A stretch of 58,335 bases of DNA, counting the filler, from Gonapodya sp. JEL0774 (lineage: Eukaryota), in assembly GCA_027604505.1 (NCBI GenBank). It is 7 parts of 7 records of this genome, joined end to end, with 100 filler letters (N's around TTAATTAATTAA, not from the genome) between each part and the next. Parts side by side here need not be neighbours in the genome. Positions count along the whole stretch, not along the records: positions 50,160 to 58,335 come from JADIIX010000470.1; 6 more parts are not named here. One strand, written 5' to 3'. Position 1 is the stretch's first letter. Each line of letters begins with the position of its first letter. Below the pieces are notes generated by a model. That model made no database searches and was not told where the DNA came from. It worked only from the letters and a program-made list of their open reading frames with translations. Below are positions 50,160 to 58,335 of this stretch, in pieces. The position numbers were made by a program, and so were the translations under genes.

Positions 50160-53100
50160 TGCTCGGTAAAAGTCGCCCTTACTGCCCTGTTCAACCAATT
50201 GCCTGAGCTGTGTGCGTATCTCTTTGGATCTTCCACGGCTCGGTATGCTCGACTGGTCTTCTAAACATCGCGGCCGACAGAGATCACTAATGACACCGTA
50301 CCCATTCCTGGAACACACCAGCGGAGTCGTTCACAACCCTACCACATCGGAATCCGATCAGCTTTCTCTGCGCGAATTCTTATCGCCTTCGACATCTATC
50401 CTCTTGAGAGTCTTATGCCGACTCTGCACTGATCCCCGCATCTCATTTGAGGTTGCGACGGAGAGGCTACCAGTGAGTTCTGTGCATGTTCTTTACCGTT
50501 CAAAAACGCCTCCTTTTCTACTTAGTCCAAATTGTCCAAATTGTTTTCATCTTCCAAAAATTTTGCAGCGCTCCGTTCGTACCCTTGTTATGTCCACTGA
50601 CATCAATCTCTCCAGCATTCCTCTCCCATATTCTACGAGACTGCATTATTCGGATAACGGCACTGGCGGAGTCAACCAAGTGTCTGCGGGTCAAAGTGCG
50701 AATGGTCATCAGACGCCTTCCGTGCAGGGTCAGCAGACAAAACCAAAAATTATGCTGAGTGAGACACCCTAGCCGATTGATGTTTTGACACTGGAATCTT
50801 CACCAATCGCAACGTCATCAACTTCACAGACTCTCTGGAGTACTACCTCTCCGCTTTTCTCTTCGCCGCCACGGTTGCCTACCCCTCCCCGACTGTGTAC
50901 AGCAGCACGTCCAGTTATTCCTCCCCTGTATCCACCTCCCTATTCTCTGGCCCAGCTTTCGTTTCCCATCCTTCTCAACCACAATCAGTACCTCCACCTG
51001 CACTTCATCCTCTTTACAATGAAGTATTCCTCGCATATCTCAACTACTTCATTCCCAAGGAGCCGCGACAACTCAGCCCCGGCCGCACAAACTCCGTGGT
51101 GACGGGTCTTATCAACTCTCCAATGCGCGCAACATCCATGTCCGACGCCCTCTCACCCATTTCACGGAAGCCATCGTTCCTCACTTCATCAACTTCGCAA
51201 ACCACCACCACCACACCGGATATCTTCTCAGACTCCCACTGTCCCCTCCCGCGCCCTACTGCACTCGCAGCCGCCGAATTTTTTATAGAAGCAGCTGCCG
51301 AACACCTCACCGGATTTAATCTCAGCTCATCCGTACCAGTCACCAGAACCCCTGGGTCTGCACAGGCCGTCATGGCAGGTCTGGCCGGCTTTGGTCGAGC
51401 CAATACTGGAGTTGCTGGTACCCGATATGAAGCTCACAGCGGCTACGTGGCGCCGCCACCTTGCGTTTATGGGCTGCTGAAGGAACTGATCTTGCATGTG
51501 CAAGGATTAGCGTCCAACGGCAAGACCAACGGGAAAGCACCGATGGGTCAGGGCCACTTCCGAAACTCAGGTGGGGAGAGCACGTATCTCGCAGTCAGGA
51601 GGACAGCTGCGGTATCTGTCAGGGGCCGAGTCTACAGATTTGTGAGGCTTGGCATTGATACTGGTGGGGAGAACGAGATTGGCCCCGTGAGTATAATTTT
51701 TGAATGTTTGAGCCCAATAGCGCGCTTACGGGAAGCTTTCGCGGCAGCTTGTGGATCTCTGGACCACGTTCACAGCACCTTGGTCGCACCTCCCTTCTCA
51801 CCCCGACCCATCACACTTCGCAGATCACATTGCGGACAATTTCCCATACTACTCCGCTGCACTCGCAGCTATCCTCGCACGTCTTGCCCGGTGTGATATC
51901 GTGGCTGCGGCGTGGAGGACAGCAGAGGTCGGAGCGTGGATTGACCCAAAGGACGAAAACTCTGCCGGAGCGAGTACCGCTCTTGCAACGTTGAAGGAAA
52001 TCATGGCGGTCATAGCAGCTCCCGGTGTTTCCGATAGACTGCGGGAGATTGAACGTGTAGTCTTGGCATTGGTGGGCGGACATAGCGTGACTGGATCCCC
52101 ACGTACATCGGCTACGGGCGTGCGGTCCCGCTCGGCGACGCGTAACGGACAATCCAGCTTGGAACGTGCAACGGTGATAGAAGTGGCGGTTCTCAGGAGT
52201 GCGGAAGAGGTGGGAGGTTGGAGGGAAGAGTATGCGAATTACATACCGGTGTGGAGTGTAGGTGCTACTGGGGGAGTTGGATTAGGTTTTGGAGTTGGCG
52301 GGGAGATGAAAGGAGTCGTGAGTGAATCAAGGATTCATTTCCGTTTGTGAGAGCAAGGTTTGAGGACGTTTCTTGCTTCACCGTTAGCTCCAAGTTCTGT
52401 ACCACCAGTTGTTGTCAGCAGTTGACGAGTTTGAAGCCGCACGGCAATATTCCGTCCCTTCTCACCAGTTGGTCGGTGTCGATCACATTCAGATTGCCCG
52501 ATCGACCACACCTGAGACACAGACACACCCAGATCGCCCGTCGACGCCGCTCGAATCCCAGAGGAGCCACCTGTGGGATGGTGCTGTGGGGGCAGTGAAA
52601 GCATTTGTGGATGTGTCTCCCGCAAGAGGGGGTGCTGGAGTGGGATTCCCGCTCGTGAAATCGGAAGATGGAAAGCATCAAGGAACTCTACGGAACGTGA
52701 TGGCTGTGAAAGCCGAAGTCATTGTGAGCTGCCACATTACAACGTCTGCAGTTTGGTTCGATATCACGGTTAAACGAACTTATTACGCAGAACCTGGCTT
52801 CAACCATCGCCTCAACATGGAATGTTCAGTTGACTTACGAGCCGTCAGTTCGCTTTCGAAATACCGGCACGGGCGCGCACCGCCCCCTGCCAAACCCTTT
52901 TATTCCCGGAATTTTGACGCCCGATGTCGGCCCTGACGGGATGCTCACACCCGAGGGCCGAGAACAAGTGAAGAAGGGAACAAGAATACCAAGCAAAACA
53001 GGAGTGTCAGTGATCAAGACAGAAAGGGTCGACAAGATCCTTGGTGATTACGAGATTGAGCAAGCAGTGATTTGGGCTTCCAAGGCGGCCGTTCAGTTGG

Positions 53101-53580
53101 GCATTTGGGTGAGTTGATGAGCGTCCTCTTCCCCGTGGTGCCAATGTTGCAAATGCTCCGTGCGAGTTGACATCCTCGTTTGCAGTGGTCAGCAGCTCTG
53201 GCACTCCTGCGCCGATGGTATTCTGGTGCATTGCCGGGAAATTTAGAGAATCCACCATTTCAAAAGATGACTCGGTGGTTTGCAAATTGGGTACGCTGTA
53301 CTCTTTGCAGTGATGCCTAGTTTCTTTTTAACTCACCTCGATGCCCTGTTCCTTTTTACTCACCCCGGCCCCTAAGTGGCACCTCATTGAATGTGTTGTT
53401 ATGTTCGCTGCAATTGCGATGGCGATCTACTTCCTCCGAGTCTTTTGGTGGCTGCTGCTCGCTTTGGTAAACGGCAATGGTGGAAATCCAATGGATCTTC
53501 AAAGTTCCCGTTACAGTAATAACCGAGGGAAACATCCGAATGCATTTGGGACGGGAGGAGGGCGAAGACGGCAAAGTTAA
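50160..53580 (+). CDS. SMPD4: Sphingomyelin phosphodiesterase 4 (neutral sphingomyelinase-3)-like protein; 5'-truncated
   Basis: Colinear SMPD4-like blocks LPELCAYLFGS, EFLSP..LL..L..L..F....LP, LEYY..F, YLNYFIP, DLWTTFTAPW, I.DNF.YY, DGMLTPEGREQVKKGTR and DYEI, plus a C-terminal hydrophobic anchor. Confidence 0.75.
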
Positions 53581-53845
53581 TGGAGGCCCGCGCGCGGCAG
53601 GACCGGTAGACTAATTGAGCATCAAATAAGGATGGTACATCGATATTCATACAACTAGAATACTTTAACCGGCAGCTAATGAAGCTAGCGAGGCTTCTCT
53701 GCCGAAAAAATACTTGATCTAGTTTGTTTTACGCAGTAAGTATAAAGCGTCAATCGCTTAGGATCAATTGCACGACTTTCGGAGTCGACATGTCAATGAT
53801 CGCGGCTACGGCCTGGCTGTTGCTGGTCTCTTCTTGAACTCTCAA

Positions 53846-55161
53846 CTAGGAGGTCAACATTGTCTGGATGGATCTCCTCAGCCGTCCATCCAATATGGTG
53901 ACGAGGACTGGATCAACAAGGACATGTATGTGTACCGAGAGTGCAGCAATACCCGCCAGAATTGGTGGTTGGACTCGTTCACCAGAAATTACCTCGTAGA
54001 ATAACTTCAATAGCTCGGGGAAATAGAAAATGTAGTACACTGCAGCGACAATGAATGTTCGCACTGCCACTGTTACGTCATGGCGGTTCAGTACTGATGT
54101 TGGTAATTTGGGAACTAATTTTGGTCGGCCAATTTTATGTGTTTGCTGATCAGAAGACTCCTCATGACTCAAGATGACATGGAAGTCTTGATCTGTTGCG
54201 GTAACCTTCTTCTGTTCAAGATCTGTGAGTGGAGAAAGTTCCCGACTCTCAACGACTGTGATTCCATTACACTCCAATGGCTTAGAGAGATCATCCGTTA
54301 GTGTTTTCATCACGGTTCTGATACCCGAGTACACTTTGATGACTCTCCGCGTGATTGCTGTGTAACATACGCCGATAGTGAGGTTGGCGACGAAAGTCAT
54401 GACGTATCCGAAGAAGAATATTCCCTGCTGAATATTGTTACGGGATGGATAGTCTGGTAAGCATACCTGTGAAACAGGCCGTGGATTAGGTCGAGCGTGA
54501 AATGACTGGAACATTGGCAGGTAGTCTTACGATCGGCAGGCCATCCACTTCCATGTGACGCAAAGCTGCTACACTTGCAGACATGCAAAAATACCACACC
54601 CAGCCGACGAAAGCAAGCGCCAGGAAGGATTTGTAGTGCAGCGATGTGTCTGTTTGTCGGCAGATTGTGAGGTACCTCTCGAAGGCTGGGCGCAATCTTG
54701 TCATCATGGTTGAAAGAATGTGGGGCGTGGGATTTTCGCACGCACCCATTAAACCCATTATCCATATTGCTGTTGCTGCGCTTGCGAAAGACACTGCTCC
54801 CGTCACGTCGCAGGTGAGTTGATTGATCATGCCGTCTTCCAGAAGCATAATGTTAGCTCCAACAAAGGACGACAGAGACAGAATAAGGTCAGCGAGGAAA
54901 AGATTCATGTACAATAGATCAATGATTTTGGTCATTGTCTCAGGAATAATAAAATTATAAGGGACGTGCATATGTTAATAATGTATTTTCCATCGATTGG
55001 GGGAATGGACACCTAACAGAACTTACCATACTTTTTAAAGCATTTACCATCACCGCAAGAATGGTGACGGTGCTTGCGCTGCTTGTACATAATAGTGCGA
55101 TCACGAACGGCCGAGTTCGGCTGTCAAGGGGCACCGCGCCCATGGCAACATTGATGCTCAT
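53846..55161 (-). CDS. Class-A (rhodopsin-like) 7TM GPCR
   Basis: TM2 NLFLADLIL, TM3 TCDVTG..M|AFERYLTIC, ECL2 VCLPDY, TM5 IGVCYTAI, TM6 YYIFYFP, TM7 VDPVL, helix-8 DGRLRRSI. Confidence 0.85.
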
Positions 55162-55785
55162 GTGTATGGCAGATCGATTCTCTTTATATGTAAATGAGGA
55201 TGCGGTCTCGAAATAGCACAGTCGAGGGTACGGCACAGTAACTGGATGCTGGAGGTGCAGCCGACCGACCCGCTGGTTACGCGAAGGTTGAAGGACGATG
55301 CCGGCCACTGCCTGATCTGTCAACCCACGTGATCGATCGTGATGTTACCTGCAAATAATGGGCAGGTAAGTATCTCTCGGATTTCCTGCACGAGAGGACC
55401 AATTTTAACCAGGCCAAGGATCTTTGAAATATACGGCATGAAATTGTGCGTTCGCCGCCCAGTTTCATTTCACCAGACCCTGTTCGCAATCGCGCAGGAA
55501 TGGTCATATTCTTTCTTGTGTAAGAAACAAACGAACTCGCGACCTCTGAATCTTGAGCGGTACGGTTCGGTCCCAACTAACTTGGTTCACTTTCATAAGT
55601 TCATTACAGCAGAGCAGTAGAGTAACGGCTACTTTCTTACCGTTGCTGGCAGCTCGTGTACAAAAAGTCCAAGTCATTTGTGGAGAACAATTACAGTAAT
55701 CGCGTCCACTTGTAAAACTTTTGTGTAGCGCGCTTTGCTTGCAACTTCCTTACTTGTTTATGTAAATTTGGGAGCCCGCACGGTC

Positions 55786-56595
55786 ATGGCCGACCCCATG
55801 ACACTGGATCCGCCCTCACCGCCACCTTCACCTCCTCTTTCCCCTTCTCATGGTAGCCTGGGAAAGGATAAGGGCAAGGCCGTGCTTGCGGACAACGGGG
55901 TGCCTATCAGTGGTGTAGAGGACGGAGCCGCTGAGGGGGCCAAGGTTCCAAGGGCGGATGAAGAGATGGCGGCAAAGGAAAGGAGCTTAGCGGAGTTTCT
56001 GGTGCAGATGGATGAGTTCGCTCCCGTGGTGAGTGAATTATCGTGGGATATGTTCAGACCAACGACAGCGATCGCTGGCATGTTCAAGGCCCACCCGAGA
56101 AAATTACGAAAGGAGGGCATTTATTGAGTGATGGTCTCTTCTTTCGTTGACTGGTGGCCCAGTGGATCTCGTTTTTCTAGATATTCCGGAATTGATGGCT
56201 GTTTTTACATTCTTCTCCGGGTCGCGACCCACAGATACCGGACGCAGTCACCGACTACTACCTATCTCGCGCTGGTTTCGAATGTGATGATGTGCGAATG
56301 TGAGGTTTGCGTTTCCCTGCGGTCTCTGATGGTTCGGGCTAAATCATTGCCTATATATATGATGGCAACCGTGACCAGCAAACGACTCCTTGCTCTTGCC
56401 GCCCAGAAGTTCATCTCAGATATTGCTACCGACGCTCTACAGACCTCTAAAGTCCGTCAGCAAGGCCCTGGGACGGGCCGAGGTCGACCCAGTGGTGCAG
56501 GGAGGGAAAAGAAGGCCGTTCTCACAATGGAGGACTTGGCACCGGCTGTAGCAAGGATGGGGGTGAACGTGAGGAAGCCAGAGTATCTCTCTTGA
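55786..56595 (+). CDS. TAF10: TFIID/SAGA subunit TAF10
   Basis: SLAEFLVQMDEFAPV|IPDAVTDYYLSRAGFECDDVR|.KRLLALAAQKFISDIATDALQ..VLTMEDL..GVNVRKPEY. Confidence 0.95.
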
Positions 56596-56818
56596 TGCGT
56601 TTCGGACTCCCTGGCGACTACGGGAGGTTGTGGGATCTGTGTCCCGCAAATAATTACATTGATGATGTTGCATTCATTGTAAATACACTTGAAACTGCTC
56701 TCAGTGCGTCCGCTTTCACTCCCTGTGTCTATCCGGTGCGTAAAGTGAACTGAACCACATGCGTTGCGTGAGGCGAAGGACCCAACGAGACACAAGAGAA
56801 ACCAAGACTTTCCTTGAA

Positions 56819-58335
56819 ATGAGCGATCCACCACCGCAGCCCAGCGCAGCTCGTGGACGTGGACGAGGAGCAGGAAACCGTGGAGGTGCTGTACGCGGTG
56901 GTCGCGGGGTAGGGCTTGGAGGATCCGGAGTCGCTGATGGACCATCAATACCGAGCCAGTCACGGTCATCCACACCTTCAGGAATCGACTCTACCCGCCC
57001 CAACATGAATATGACGGCTCCCCCTGTATCGAATCCGCCGCCTGCGCGACCCCAGTCTTCTGGTGCCGACCTTGCAACCGCAGCACCTCGAGCATCAAAA
57101 TTGAAGTTCATGCCCACGGTCCGGGCATCCAAAGTCGCTGTCACAGACCCTGTACCGGAAAACTTGTCAAAAGGATCCTCGGAAAGAGGTCGTGGAGGTG
57201 GCAGAGGTGGTGGTGAAAGGGGCCGAGGGCGAGGACGCGGACGAGGGGCAGGCGAGCGACCCGAGCTGACCGCGTCGGGGCCGTTTGCCCTGGGGCCAGC
57301 CGCACGACCAAGTGAGTACATACTAGCGGTTTGACACACCGTGAGGCTGTGCGAGTATTATTCCTGGTATGCTCTTCCTTTGATCGACCACAATACCGTA
57401 ATTTGTCACTGGTGCATCCTCCAGGCACCGCCAAACTCATCTCCGTCCCACGTGCCTTCGTCTCTGATGGCGGATTGAGCTCCCGAAGCGGTCGCGGTGG
57501 CCGCGGCGGTGTGAGCGACCCCAAGAAACGAGCAACCGGCAAGGTCGAGGGCGAGGACGATGATACACGGAACATCGGGTTCTCCGGCTCGGAAGATGAC
57601 GATGAAGAAGAGGAAGATGCGCAGGGAGCCGCAGAGTATGGAGAACGAGGTGCGGCGAAATCGAGGGCGATGAAACCCCAAGGTTTGCGTCATGGGCCGG
57701 CCCCCTTTCGCGGACAGAAAGTGAAGAAGGAAAGAGATTCGAAACCGACATTTGAAGTGCAAGGAGCGGAAGAGGTGAAAGTCAAGGTGGAACAACTCAT
57801 TGAAGACGAGTCAGGACTGGATGGTTCCCGTGAGTTGTTACCCACAGCGTTGCCATATGTCGAGCTTACAAACTCCTGAGAATTTGACCGCGCGCATTAT
57901 TGTAGGGTCCGGCACCCCTGTTACCGTTTCATCCTCCACACCCGCACTCATGGACGTCGATGATGGTAGCGCACCACTGCCTCACGAATTGAAGGAAGTC
58001 ACGTCGATGGCAGCCCCAGGCAGAGATTTAGCAGTTCTCCAACATGTAAGTGAGCGTATTGGCTTTAAATGAAGTGTCCCTAATCACTGTTAAGTCACGC
58101 CATGGTATGTTCCCCATTTATAGCTTGCGTCCAAAAGCTCCGCATCCACACCCCTCATCTTCTTCCAACTCCCTCGCACCCTACCCCGCTCAGACGTAAT
58201 GGTATCTGTATTCCCTTCGTCATCCACCATCAAAAGCGACCCTGACCAACATTCAAGCTCCTCGACCTCCATCACCCCGGCGAATTCGCTTTTTGCACAC
58301 TCCGGGCCCATCGGCACTCTCCGCATTCACAAGTC
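56819..58335 (+). CDS. RPC53: RNA polymerase III subunit C4/C53; 3'-truncated
   Basis: KLKFMP, RG-rich region, TASGPFALGP, then LIFFQLPRTLP and GPIGTLRIHKS at the window end (the RPC4 domain signature). Confidence 0.85.

Overview
This is not one contiguous locus. It is seven unrelated, size-sorted eukaryotic scaffolds (8329, 8299, 8285, 8239, 8221, 8186 and 8176 bp) joined by artificial 100-bp linkers (44 N + TTAATTAATTAA + 44 N). Genes are compact and rich in short GT..AG introns. The gene set (WDR7, SMPD4, a class-A GPCR, a TKL kinase, SEL1 repeats, NiCoT, a HAL-type kinase) suggests an early-diverging, probably zoosporic fungus; this is inference. About 24 genes or gene fragments were spliced by eye: a plant-type 2/2 haemoglobin, SGNH hydrolase, two C2H2 factors, a hotdog thioesterase, PAQR, HAL kinase, class-III aminotransferase, disabled SEL1 and TKL genes, a Cache-HAMP membrane sensor, WDR7, DCC1, NIC1, enoyl-CoA hydratase 2, a secreted three-repeat protein, a twin-CX9C protein, a sulfotransferase-like/BCAT fusion, SMPD4, a GPCR, TAF10 and RPC53. 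I found no rRNA, tRNA, CRISPR array or intact transposon, and no multi-gene system can be argued across the linkers. The best single-gene candidates are: a bacterial-style TM-Cache-TM-HAMP receptor with no output domain, a secreted protein built from three Cys-paired beta repeats, a plant GLB3-like globin, a plant-like BCAL fusion, and an opsin-like class-A GPCR lacking the retinal lysine. All family calls rest on motif recognition from memory, not database searches, and exon boundaries are manual.
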